NCBI GenBank assembly: GCA_963749495.1
Contig: CAVVMW010000008.1
Span: 298,830-362,829, forward strand
Length of the DNA: 64,000 nt
From: an uncultured bacterium
GTDB taxonomy: Bacteria; Verrucomicrobiota; Verrucomicrobiia; Limisphaerales; UBA8199
Reading direction: 5' to 3'
The notes under the pieces are model-generated. The model made no database searches. It had not been told where the DNA came from and was given only the letters and a program-made list of their open reading frames with translations. Positions 43,460 to 55,203 of this stretch are shown here, piece after piece. A program made the translations under genes and the position numbers. Every line of letters begins with the position of its first letter. Within the stretch, counting starts at the first letter, position 1.

Positions 43460-44031
43460 AAACTCGAAACCTCTTGGGAATCCTCGGAATTATCGTGCTG
43501 GCAGGCGCTTGTGTGCCGTCAGTGAACCCGTTCTACACGGAAAAGGATGTTGTCTTCGACGCCCGCCTGGTGGGCGAATGGCAGACCAAGGGCGACACCA
43601 ACGACATCCAAACCTGGAAATTCGATAAGGCCGCAGACAATGCTTATACGCTTCTCGTGACCGAGAAGGACCACAAGCAGGGCAAATTGGACGTCCACCT
43701 CTTCAAGATCGGCGGCCAACTCTTTCTCGATCTAATCCCGAACGACGTGCAGTTTTCACCTGAGCAGGCCGGCATCGTGGGGGCTGCGATGTTTCCCGGT
43801 CATTTGCTCCTGCGCGTGCCGCGGGTCGAACCGGCCTTGCAGCTCGCCTCGTGCGACTATGACTGGCTGGCCAAGTATCTCGAAGCCCATCCGGAGGCTC
43901 TCCCGCACCACAAGGAAGGGAACAGCCTGGTTTTAACCGCTCAAACCAAGGAGCTGCAGGCCTTTGTGACCCGGCATCTGGCTGAGATGTTCGGGAAGCC
44001 CGAAGACCTTGCGCGCCAGCCGGCCAAATGA
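43456..44031 (+). CDS. Lipoprotein of unknown function
   Basis: Lipobox-like LAGAC; CVPSVNPFYTEKD. Confidence 0.8.
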   Translation: MKTRNLLGILGIIVLAGACVPSVNPFYTEKDVVFDARLVGEWQTKGDTNDIQTWKFDKAADNAYTLLVTEKDHKQGKLDVHLFKIGGQLFLDLIPNDVQFSPEQAGIVGAAMFPGHLLLRVPRVEPALQLASCDYDWLAKYLEAHPEALPHHKEGNSLVLTAQTKELQAFVTRHLAEMFGKPEDLARQPAK

Positions 44032-44101
44032 GCGGGGCGCATCTATACTGTCTTTGCGTCCTTGCATTTTCGGCGGGGCTTGGGAAGATTCGGCGCGGAT
44101 T

Positions 44102-45376
44102 ATGCGAACACACACTCATCGTCTCGGTTCTTGTGCGGCAGGCGCGGCGCTACTCCTTTTGCTGGGCGGCGCCACAAGGGCGGCGGCCAATGACTGGCCC
44201 CAATTTCGCGGGCCCAACAGAAACGACATCTCGCCCGAGACGGGTCTGCTCAAGGAATGGCCCGAGGGGGGGCCGCCCCTGCTTTGGAAGGCGGAGGGCC
44301 TGGGCGCGGGTTATTCGGGCGTGGCGGTGGTGGGGGAGCGCATTTATACGGCCGGGGACAAGGGAGAGTCGAGCTATGTGATCGCCCTCAACGGGGCGGA
44401 CGGCAAGCCGGCCTGGACGGCCAGGCTCGGCAAGGCAGGCCCGGGAGAGGGCGGAGGGCAGCCCCAGTTCAACGGGCCTCGGGCCACACCCACGCTCGAT
44501 GGCGACCGGCTTTACGCCGTGAGCCAATGCGGGGAGCTGGTTTGCCTGGCGGCGGCCGACGGCAAGGAGTTGTGGCGGAAAGATTACGCAAAGGACTTGG
44601 GTGGCGTCTCTCCGCGCTGGGCCTATGCCGAATCAATCCTGGTGGACGGCCCGCGCGCGGTGTGTACGCCGGGCGGGGCCGACGGCGCCATGGTGGCGCT
44701 GGACAAGCAGACCGGCGCGGTGCTCTGGCGCAGCCAAGGTTTCACCGATGCGCCCCATTATTCGACGCCCATCATCGCCGAGATCGGCGGCGTGCGGCAG
44801 TATATCCAACTGACCGCCCAGAGTGTCGCCGGCGTTGCCGCAGCGGATGGCAAACTGCTCTGGCGCGCCCCGCGGCGCGGCAATGTCGCCGTCATCCCCT
44901 CGCCCATTTATCACGACGGCTTTGTCTATGTCAGTTCCTCTTACGGGGCCGGGTGCAACCTGTTCAAGGTCACCGCCGCCGACGGCAAGTTCTCGGCGGA
45001 GCAGGTCTATGCGAACAAGGTCATGTCCAACCACCACGGCGGCGTCATCCTCGTTGGCGATTGCCTCTACGGCCACTCCGAGGCCAAAGGCTGGACCTGC
45101 CAGGACTTCCAGTCGGGCGAGGCAAAATGGCAGGAGAAAAAGTTCGGCAAAGGCTCGGTGGTTTGTGCCGACGGCCGCCTCTACCTGCGGCAGGAAGACA
45201 ACCAGGGCACGGTCGCCCTCATCGAGGCCTCGCCCGAGGGCTACAAAGAACACGGCCGCTTCGATCAACCCAACCGCAGCACCAAGAACAGTTGGCCGCA
45301 CCCGGTCATCGCCGGCGGCAGACTCTTCCTGCGCGACCAGGACGTCCTGCTTTGCTACGACGTGAAGGCTAAGTGA
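44102..45376 (+). CDS. PQQ-like beta-propeller protein
   Basis: DWPQFRGPNR..ETGLLKEWP, GPRATPT, WPHPVIAGGRLFLRDQD. Confidence 0.9.
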   Translation: MRTHTHRLGSCAAGAALLLLLGGATRAAANDWPQFRGPNRNDISPETGLLKEWPEGGPPLLWKAEGLGAGYSGVAVVGERIYTAGDKGESSYVIALNGADGKPAWTARLGKAGPGEGGGQPQFNGPRATPTLDGDRLYAVSQCGELVCLAAADGKELWRKDYAKDLGGVSPRWAYAESILVDGPRAVCTPGGADGAMVALDKQTGAVLWRSQGFTDAPHYSTPIIAEIGGVRQYIQLTAQSVAGVAAADGKLLWRAPRRGNVAVIPSPIYHDGFVYVSSSYGAGCNLFKVTAADGKFSAEQVYANKVMSNHHGGVILVGDCLYGHSEAKGWTCQDFQSGEAKWQEKKFGKGSVVCADGRLYLRQEDNQGTVALIEASPEGYKEHGRFDQPNRSTKNSWPHPVIAGGRLFLRDQDVLLCYDVKAK

Positions 45377-46290
45377 GCGCGCGCAACCCCTCGGCCCCGC
45401 CCGGGATGAAGAAACGGACGGAAGGGACGAAAGCGACACAAGGGACGAAAGGGACGGGAGCACTCGCATTCGTCATCCGTCATTCGTCATTCGTCATTCG
45501 TCATTCGTCATTTCTGACCTGGCTCGTCGTATCGGTTCTCCTCTTGTGCGGGTGCGGGCCCTCCTCCCAGAGCCGGCGTCTCATCGGGCAACTGCGCTCG
45601 CCCAACGTCTCCGAGCGCCTCAAGGCGATTGCCGAGGCCGAGCAACACGCGGACGCGCCGGTGCGGGCGGAGTTGCTCCGCATCTTCCAGGAAGGGCGCG
45701 AGGTCCCAATCGTCCGCGGTTGCGCCGGCATGGCGCTGGGGCGCCTGCACGAGCAACGGGTCGTCCCGATCGTGCTCAAGGACCTCCCAGGGGCCATTCT
45801 GAACATCGGCAAAGCCGCCCCGGCGCGCAGCCTCGACGCCTACCTGCTGGGCAAGACGCTGCTGGCCTACGGACCGGAGAGCCTCCAACCCCTCTCGGCC
45901 CTGCTCCGGGATTCACACCAGCAGGTCGTGGCATGGACCATCATGCACCACGGGTTTTACCGGCACAGCAACCGGGCGCTGGACGTGCTCGCCCATTACC
46001 TGGACGACCGGGACGTGATCCTCAGGCGTTCGGCCTCGTTCGGCCTGTCGCTGCTCGCCCACAAGCGCGCCGAGGAACTGGCCCTCCGCCACTTGGCCGA
46101 CGCCAATCGCGACGTGCGCTACAACCTCGCCTGGGCCCTCCTGAATTTCGGCACCAGCCGAGGTGTCGCCCCCCTCCAGGCCAGGCTGGCCCAGGAGAAG
46201 GACCCCAACGTCCGGGACGAGATCACCAAGGCCCTGGTCGCCATGAAAGGCAGGCCGGTCCTCGCACCCCAGGGCACAAAATCCCAATAG
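45373..46290 (+). CDS. HEAT-repeat lipoprotein
   Basis: LLLCGC lipobox; VR..A..AL repeats; start uncertain (45373 or 45406). Confidence 0.75.
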   Translation: MSARNPSAPPGMKKRTEGTKATQGTKGTGALAFVIRHSSFVIRHSSFLTWLVVSVLLLCGCGPSSQSRRLIGQLRSPNVSERLKAIAEAEQHADAPVRAELLRIFQEGREVPIVRGCAGMALGRLHEQRVVPIVLKDLPGAILNIGKAAPARSLDAYLLGKTLLAYGPESLQPLSALLRDSHQQVVAWTIMHHGFYRHSNRALDVLAHYLDDRDVILRRSASFGLSLLAHKRAEELALRHLADANRDVRYNLAWALLNFGTSRGVAPLQARLAQEKDPNVRDEITKALVAMKGRPVLAPQGTKSQ

Positions 46291-46304
46291 ACGAGCGTAT
46301 CTCA

Positions 46305-46482
46305 CCTTTGTCGGCCATCGGCACGCCAGGCAACTGGAGCGCGGCCTCGGGAAACCCGCAAGGTTTTGGACTGCGCCAGCCCTCTGGCGCTTTCGCATCC
46401 CCAGGGCCCGAAAAGCGGCAGAGGGCTGGCGCAGTCCAAAACGCTTCGCGAGTTCGGACGCGCGCTCCCATCGCTCGGTTCG
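46305..46482. repeat. ~175-bp REPIN-like element, copy 3
   Basis: Highly similar to 42413-42588. Confidence 0.85.
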
Positions 46483-46525
46483 TTTGATCTTTGCCTTTTG
46501 AGGCATTTTCCGTCATGCTGGAGGC

Positions 46526-47756
46526 ATGGCGCCAGCATTGATAGCGGCCGGTGTGGTGGTGGTATTTGCCGGGGCCGGTTTCTTCTTTGCGCTCGCGGAA
46601 ACGTCGCTCTTTTCGTTGAGCAAGTGGCAGGCCCCGCGCCTGGCGGAGCGGGCGCCCCGGCTGGGGGGCATCGTGCAGGGCCTGCTCGCCAAGCCCCAGG
46701 ACGTGCTGGCCACGATGGTGCTGGGCAACACGGTGGCCAGCGCCGCCATGCTCGCCACCGCCTTGTGGATGGCGATGACGGGCCGCTGGCCGTTTGTCCT
46801 GACGCTGGTGGGCCTGCTGGCTCTGACTTTGTTCGGCGGCGAAGTGCTGCCCAAGACGATGGCCGTGCGGGCGCCGGAGCGATGGGCGTTGCGCGTGGCC
46901 TTGCCGTTGCAGTGGGTGCTGAGCGTGAGCCTGCCGCTGTGCCGGCTGGGGCAGAGTCTCAATGCCGCCATTCTCAGGGCAGCGGGCTCCAGGTCCACCC
47001 CGCCGCAGAGCGGCCTGACCGACGCGGATTACCAGGAACTGCTTGACCTGGCCTGTCAGCAGGGCGCCCTGGCCAAGTCGGAAAAGGACATCATCCTCCA
47101 GATCATCAGCCTGGACCTGCGCACGGCCAAAGAAGTCATGAAGCCCCGCTCCCAAATGGCCGTCATCCCGGACGACCTCTCCGTCGAGGAAATGATCGCC
47201 GCCGCCCGCAAATACAAGCACCGCCGCCTCCCCATTTACGACGAAACCCCCGACACCATCGTCGGCATCCTCAACACCCGCGCCTTGCTGTTGGACCCCC
47301 AGATCAACCTGGCCGACGCCATCGAGTTGCCCTCGTTTGTGCCGGAGACGATGAACCTGCTGCAACTGCTCAAGAGCCTCCAGCGCCAGCAACGCGGCGT
47401 GGCCATCGTCCTGGACGAATTCGGCGGCACCGCCGGCATCGTCTCCACCGAGGACATCCTCGAAGAACTCATCGGCCCGTTTCCCGGCGAGGTCCAGAGC
47501 CAGGGGTTCGTCATGGAAAAACTCGGCCCGGGACGCTGGCGCGTCGCGGGCACGCTGCGCCTGGATGATTTTCGCAGGGAATACCCGCCGCTGGGGGACG
47601 TGCCGGAAGTCGAGACCATGGGGGGCCTGCTGATGTACCTCCTGGAACGTGGTCCCCAATCCCGGGGACTCCGCCAGCTTCAGCGGCCTGCGCCTGACCG
47701 CCCAGGCGGCCGATGAAAGACGGGTCAGGGAGTTGACAGTGGAGGTGACGAAGTGA
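46526..47756 (+). CDS. CNNM/CorB-type protein (DUF21 + CBS + CorC); frameshift at ~47648
   Basis: FFALAETSLFSL, GEVLPK, VMKPRS, LDEFGGTAGIVSTEDILEEL. Confidence 0.88.
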
Positions 47757-47796
47757 AAGCCAAGGGCACGAAAGGGATCGGTCTGCACTGTTAGGT

Positions 47797-48786
47797 ATGT
47801 ACCCTGCCGCGCTCATCTGGGTGGTCATGTTGGTCTGCCTGGCGGTGTCGTTTCTGTTGTCGGGCATGGAGGCCGGGGTGTTTGCCCTGAGCCGGTTGCG
47901 GATTCGCCAGCAGATGCGCGCCGGGTTCCCTCCGGCCAAGCTGCTGCACAACTACCTGGAAAACCCGGAGAACTTTCTTTGGACCATCCTGGTCGGCAAC
48001 ACCCTGGCCAATTTCCTCATCCTGGGCTGGCTGGTGGTGCTGTTGTACCGGACCCTGTCCTATCATCTGCTCCCCTTCATCCTGGTCTATACGGTCCTGG
48101 TCCTGCTCTTCTATGCCCTTTTCGATCTCCTGCCCAAGATGCTCTTTCGGGCCTATCCGACCCGGCTCTGCCTCTCGATGGCGCGCCCCTTTCGCGTCCT
48201 GCACATCCTGCTGCGGCCGCTGGTGGGCCTGGTCGAATCGGTCTCGGCCGTGTTGCTGCGCTGGCGCGGCGGCAAGGCCTTCACCGGCCATCTTTTCGGC
48301 AACCGGGAGGAACTGCGCCAGGTCATGCAGGAGTCCGCCCTGGCCTTCACCTCCGAAGAGCGGGCGATGATCAATCGGGTCCTGGACCTTCCCGCCCTGA
48401 CGGTTCGCCAGGCGATGAAGCCGATGGCCGATGTGGTCACCGTGACCACCCAGACCCGCATCAGCCAGGCCCTCCAACTCTACCGCGAGCGGACCTTCAG
48501 CCGCCTGCCCGTCCGTGAAAACCGCGACGGCCAGCAGCGCATCGTCGGCCTGCTCCACTGCAACTCCCTGCTCTACCAGGAGGACCTCGACCTGACGCGG
48601 CCCGCCGGGGAGTATGTGAAGCCGGCGCTTTACCTGGACGAGGACTTGCGGCTGGAGGTCGCGCTGCGCCGGCTGCAGCGCGGCGGCCAGCGCCTGGCCA
48701 TCGTGCTCGGACGCGACCGCCGCGAGAGCGGCATCATCACCCTTCACCGCCTGCTCAGGGTCATCTTCGGCGAGGTGAGCCTTTGA
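47797..48786 (+). CDS. CNNM-type protein (DUF21 + CBS, no CorC domain)
   Basis: LSGMEAGVFAL, TILVGNTLAN, DLLPK, FSRLPV. Confidence 0.88.
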   Translation: MYPAALIWVVMLVCLAVSFLLSGMEAGVFALSRLRIRQQMRAGFPPAKLLHNYLENPENFLWTILVGNTLANFLILGWLVVLLYRTLSYHLLPFILVYTVLVLLFYALFDLLPKMLFRAYPTRLCLSMARPFRVLHILLRPLVGLVESVSAVLLRWRGGKAFTGHLFGNREELRQVMQESALAFTSEERAMINRVLDLPALTVRQAMKPMADVVTVTTQTRISQALQLYRERTFSRLPVRENRDGQQRIVGLLHCNSLLYQEDLDLTRPAGEYVKPALYLDEDLRLEVALRRLQRGGQRLAIVLGRDRRESGIITLHRLLRVIFGEVSL

Positions 48787-48796
48787 GGGCGCGATC

Positions 48797-50137
48797 ATGC
48801 CCCTGGATTCGCTCATCACCATCGTCCTGAAGACCCTGCTGATTCTGGGGCTGATCGCGGTGAACGGTTTCTTCGTGGCGGCAGAATTCGCGCTGGTCAA
48901 GGTCCGCGAAACGCAGCTCGACGAGCTGGTTCTGCGGGGAAACCGCCGGGCGAAGCTCGCCCGCGCGGTCGTGGGCAACCTCAATTCGTTCCTGAGCGCC
49001 ACCCAACTGGGCATCACCATGGCCAGCCTGGGGCTGGGCTGGGTCGGCCAGCCGGTCTTCGGTGCCCTGCTCTCGCCCTTGCTGCGCGCCTTGAATGTCG
49101 AGTCCGAGGCCCTGCGGGGCTCGATCTCCTTTGTCGTCGGGTTCTTCGTGCTGACCTTCCTGCACATTTGCGCGGGGGAATTGGCGCCCAAGTGGGCCGC
49201 CATTGCGAGGCCGCTGCCGATCGCCCTGCGGGTGACCCAGCCGCTGCGGTGGTTTTACCTCCTGTCCTATCCGCTGAACTGGCTGCTCAACCGCTCCGCG
49301 CAATGGCTGCTCAAGCAGGCGGGCCTCTCACCCGGCGGCGAGGCCAGGCGGGTCCACTCCGAGGAGGAACTGCGCCTGCTCTTGACCACCGCCCAGAAAC
49401 AGGCCGGCGCCACCGCCCTGGGCCGGCTCCTGGTCCTCAACGCCCTGGACCTGCGCCACCGCCTGGCGCGCGAGGTCATGCGGCCCCGCCAGGAAATCGT
49501 CGTCCTGGATACCGACGCCAGCATCGCCCGATGCCTCGACCTGGCCGAGAAGACCCGATACTCCCGCTTTCCCCTTTGCGAAGCTGCCGACCTCGACAGG
49601 TCGCTCGGCGTCGTTCACATCAAGGACCTCTACGCCATGCGCCTGCGAGCCCGCCGCGGCGCCGACCTCCTGCCCGTCGCCCGCAAGCTCATCTATGTCC
49701 CGGAAACCGCCCACCTCGAAAAAATCCTCCGACTGCTCCTGGAGCGCAAACTCCACCTGGCCATCGTCGTGGACGAATACGGCGGCACCGTCGGCATGCT
49801 CACCCTCGAAAACATCCTCGAAGAACTCGTCGGCCAAATCCAGGACGAGTTCGACCAGGAAAAGCCGCTCCTGGTCCGGACCGGCGAGGGCGCCTGGGAA
49901 ATCGCCGGCGCGCTCCCGCTTCATGAACTGGAGGGGCTCACCGGCGAGCCCCTCCGCCAGGAGGGCATCACCACCGTCAGCGGCTGGGTGACCCATCGCC
50001 TGGGCGGCTTCCCCAAACCCGGCGACCTCCTCACCGCCGGCGCCTACGAACTGCGCGTCGAGGCCATGAACGGCATGCGCGTCGCCAAGCTCAAGCTGGT
50101 CAAACGGGACACGGGAAACGTGAAACGTGAAACGTGA
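48797..50137 (+). CDS. CNNM/hemolysin-family protein (DUF21 + CBS + CorC)
   Basis: NGFFVAAEFALVKVR, QLGIT, GELAPK, VDEYGGTVG.LTLENILEELVG. Confidence 0.92.
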   Translation: MPLDSLITIVLKTLLILGLIAVNGFFVAAEFALVKVRETQLDELVLRGNRRAKLARAVVGNLNSFLSATQLGITMASLGLGWVGQPVFGALLSPLLRALNVESEALRGSISFVVGFFVLTFLHICAGELAPKWAAIARPLPIALRVTQPLRWFYLLSYPLNWLLNRSAQWLLKQAGLSPGGEARRVHSEEELRLLLTTAQKQAGATALGRLLVLNALDLRHRLAREVMRPRQEIVVLDTDASIARCLDLAEKTRYSRFPLCEAADLDRSLGVVHIKDLYAMRLRARRGADLLPVARKLIYVPETAHLEKILRLLLERKLHLAIVVDEYGGTVGMLTLENILEELVGQIQDEFDQEKPLLVRTGEGAWEIAGALPLHELEGLTGEPLRQEGITTVSGWVTHRLGGFPKPGDLLTAGAYELRVEAMNGMRVAKLKLVKRDTGNVKRET

Positions 50138-50206
50138 AACGTGAACCTCTTCTTATGCCTCACGAGTTATCCATCGCTCTTCACGTTTCACGTTTCACGT
50201 TTCACG
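50115..50206. repeat. Heptamer (GAAACGT)4 and inverted copies between convergent genes; possible terminator
   Basis: 50115-50142 pairs with 50180-50206. Confidence 0.75.
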
Positions 50207-50209
50207 GTA

Positions 50210-51937
50210 CTAGGTCTTTCGCAGGCGCAGCGTGATCATTGCCCCGCCCGCCAGCCGATACCGGCTCAGGCCTGCCGGCGCCGGGCCGGCGGCCGCGGGC
50301 AAATCCACCGATTCATCCTGGGGCAGGAGCAGCTCGCCCTGGGCGGCGGCGGGCTGCCACAAAGTCAGTTCCCGGTCGCCGCGCTTGCCTTGCGACCTGA
50401 GGCGGATAGGGCCCTGGACCGTGAAGGCGGTCAGGTCGAGTTGCTCCAGGTTCGCCAACTGAGGGCGCAGCTCAAACCGCTTGAAACCCGGGACCAGCGG
50501 TTTGAGGCCCATCAGGCCGTGGAACGCGATGTAGATCGGCACGACGGCGCAATGGCTCCATTGATGGTCGGAATCGGGCTGGCATTGCCAGTCCTCCTGC
50601 AAGGTGAGGTTTTCCTTTACGGAGATCATCGAGGCCCAGCGCGAGCGCAGGTCCGCCACAATGACATCGGCCCGCCCGCCCCGCGCCAGGGCCCAGAGAC
50701 GCCACCCCGCGTTGCACGGATAGGAAAAGCCCATCTCCGGGGGGCATTGGGCCAGCGCGCTCAGGGCAGGCCCGGTCTGGCCGCCGGGACATTGATCGAA
50801 GATGAAGCCGACGCCGTGGTCGAGGATGGGCCCCCAGGAGGTCAGGTCGAGTTGGCGTTCGACCAGGCGGGCCAGGCGGTCATACGCCGGCCAGCAGTCC
50901 AGGAAGAAGCCCTCCTTGGTCAGGCCCTGGCTCCAGGTTTACGTGAACTCGAAGGTGAGCGCGGCGGCGCGGCGGCCATCCAACTCGACCTCCCAGGGTC
51001 CCTGGGCGGGGCCGGGGGCCGGGTCCGCGCGATGAGCGACGAAGGCGCCTGGGGTGCGAAAATCGAAGTAGTCGCGGGGCGGCAGGCGCCACTCCAGCCA
51101 ATGCATCTGGGCCAGCCTACGGACGGGCACAAGCGACTCGCGCAGGAGCGGAATGCTGCGGGGACGCAGTTCGGTCCCGGCCGAGGCACAGTCGGTCCCG
51201 TACAGGTAATCGGGGTAGCCGGCGGCCAGGGCGGGTTTGTTGGGCGAGCCGGGCAGCGGCATGGCGTCCAGCCAATTGGCTTCGGGCCTGAAGCCGGCGG
51301 AGGACCAGCCCTCGGGGTACAAGCGGGCGTCAAATTCCTCCTGCAAGGCGCGGAGGTACCAGCGCTTGTATTGACCCGGAGGCCAGGCGCGGCAGAGCAG
51401 CACTTTCCAGGAGGCGTCCGAGACGACCCGCTCGGTCCGGCCGTCGGCGTGCTCGATTTCGAGCCAAAACAGGAAGCCGGGCGTGCCGATCGGCCAGGTC
51501 CCGTCGCCCGTGCCGTAAAACAGGACCGCGGCGCCGAGCGCGTTTTGGCCGGCGCGCAGGTGCTCAGTCAAGTCGAGCGGGTCGGCCTCCGCCCACCGGG
51601 GGTCGCTGGGCGCAGGCCCCCATTGCACGCGCCGGCCGTTGACCTCCAGACGGTAACGGCTGTCGGCGCACACCCAGCCCAGGGCGCGGCGCGGGCGCGC
51701 CGGCAATTCGAGGCCGCGCCGGAAAAGGACGACGGTGTTCTGCAGCGTCCGGCCCGATGGATACCAGAGCCAGCGGGCAGGCGAAAGGTCCGGCAGGCGC
51801 GCGCGGACGGTCTCGGGGAGCGGCACCGGAGCGATGGGTTGTTGGCTGGGGGACGGCTCGCCCCCGGGTGACGTTTGCTGGGCCAGCAGGGAGCCGCCCG
51901 CCAGGGCGGAGGTCTTGAGGAAACCGCAACGGTTCAT
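50210..51937 (-). pseudogene. Alpha-L-rhamnosidase-like (GH78) pseudogene with in-frame stop and probable internal deletions
   Basis: Degenerate Tat signal MNRCGFLK, ADSRYRLEVNG, EEFDARL, TLQEDW, PGFKRFELRP; TAA at 50939-50941; only ~575 codons. Confidence 0.7.
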
Positions 51938-52014
51938 GCCCGGATTAAAACGCGCGCCCAGGGCTTTGGAAAGCATTGTAATCGGCGAAGGCGGAGATGG
52001 AGTGCCGGGCAGAC

Positions 52015-52317
52015 CCCTCACCCCGGCCCTCTCCCCTCGGAGGGGAGAGGGAGAAGCGTCGCGTAGCGACGCAGTGAAGGTAGCCGTGGACCTCGGTCCA
52101 CGGTTCAGGGCGTGCGAATAGTCACGCGTCGCGGTTTTCAGGCGTCGCTACGCGACGCAGTCGAGCTTGGGCCATGGGTCCGTGGACTGGAAGTCCACGG
52201 CTACCATCGGGCACCGCTACGCGATGGGCCCGGGGCAGCGCGCGCGTCGCGGAGCGACGCAGTGACGGCAGCCGTGGACCCTCCCCTTCCGAAGGGGAGA
52301 GGGCCGGGGTGAAGGGT
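52015..52317. repeat. Nested palindromes: CCCTCACCCCGGCCCTCTCCC-type outer inverted pair enclosing CCGTGGAC-type REP units
   Basis: Outer inverted repeat ~52015-52053 / ~52280-52317; inner copies related to 472-527. Confidence 0.75.
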
Positions 52318-52444
52318 CTGCCCCCGTGACGCTCCCGCCTTCACTGCGGCCTTACAAAGCATTTGATTTCGCGGGCGCGAACGCGTAGAAGAAAGGGCCA
52401 TTGGGCGCAGACAGCATGCCTGCGCCGGCAGAACCATCGCCGCA

Positions 52445-54255
<1,811 letters not shown>

Positions 54256-54360
54256 CCGGGCAATGTGAGTGCCGCAGATGATGCGGAGGTTTGCTGAGGC
54301 GGGTTATGTGGAGCCTGAACGGGACGAATTCCAGAGCTCCCTGGAAATTTGACCGAGGAC

Positions 54361-54849
54361 ATGCGCGACCGGTTGACGAAAGAGCAGCGAAGCTGGAACA
54401 TGAGCCGAATCCGTGCGAAGGATACCGCTCCCGAACTGGTTGTACGGTCTTTGCTCCATCGGATGGGTTACCGGTTTCGCCTGCACGGCAGGAAGTTGCC
54501 AGGGCGGCCTGACATTGTGCTGCCGAAGCACAGGGCCGTTGTTTTCGTACATGGTTGCTTTTGGCACCGGCACAGGGGGTGCCGGAACTGCACCACGCCC
54601 ACAAATCGGCGGGGATGGTGGGTTAGGAAGCTGGAGGGCAACACGGCGAGGGATAGGGTGCATCGACGGGCACTCGGCCGGCTTGGCTGGCGTGTTGCGG
54701 TAGTTTGGGAGTGCGAGACCGAGAAACCTGGCAGCTTGGCACGGCTGGAGCATCGTTTGCTCAGGTTTTTGGGGGCTAGTCAGACTTTGGCGGCTCGGCC
54801 AAACCCAACCGTTAGGTCGAGCCGACGTTCGGTCTCTTCGGCCAGGTGA
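54361..54849 (+). CDS. vsr: Very short patch repair endonuclease
   Basis: RSWNMSRIRAKDT.PE, LPGRPDIV, FVHGCFWHRH, VVWECE. Confidence 0.96.
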   Translation: MRDRLTKEQRSWNMSRIRAKDTAPELVVRSLLHRMGYRFRLHGRKLPGRPDIVLPKHRAVVFVHGCFWHRHRGCRNCTTPTNRRGWWVRKLEGNTARDRVHRRALGRLGWRVAVVWECETEKPGSLARLEHRLLRFLGASQTLAARPNPTVRSSRRSVSSAR

Positions 54850-55151
54850 ATCAACATTCGGTCGTAGATTCCCGACCATTGGGCATCGCTGGGATAAAGT
54901 TCGTCATCAAGAAGCTGACCCCGGTCAGCACGGCGCCAAGCCTCGGCGGCGAACCGGCGGAGGACACCGGGCCAGCCGTTGTCTGGGGCGGCGAATCCGT
55001 CCGGGTGAAGCTCTGGAAAAAGGTACGCCACGGAGCACCATGTCTGGACGAACTTGGCTTTGGTCATGCGATCCAGGGGGCGGGCCAGTCCCTGGCGGAG
55101 TTGAGCCGCCGCCGCGCGCGCGGAATTGGGGATGTAAACGCAGCTTCTCAT
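54780..55151 (-). CDS. Hypothetical protein downstream of dcm
   Basis: Co-oriented ORF with non-random composition (WCSVAYLFPELHPD..EAWRR); overlaps the vsr 3' end. Confidence 0.4.
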   Translation of the reverse strand: MRSCVYIPNSARAAAAQLRQGLARPLDRMTKAKFVQTWCSVAYLFPELHPDGFAAPDNGWPGVLRRFAAEAWRRADRGQLLDDELYPSDAQWSGIYDRMLIHLAEETERRLDLTVGFGRAAKV

Positions 55152-55203
55152 GCCGATATTCTGCAGGACCGAGCCGCTTGCGCCAAGACAAACTTGAGGA
55201 AAA

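Noticed and set aside
40500..46482. CRISPR array
   Set aside because: The repeats are dispersed or directly tandem, with no regular unique spacers and no cas genes.
50141..51871. 576-aa plus-strand ORF
   Set aside because: Antisense to the GH78 pseudogene and starts inside heptamer repeats.
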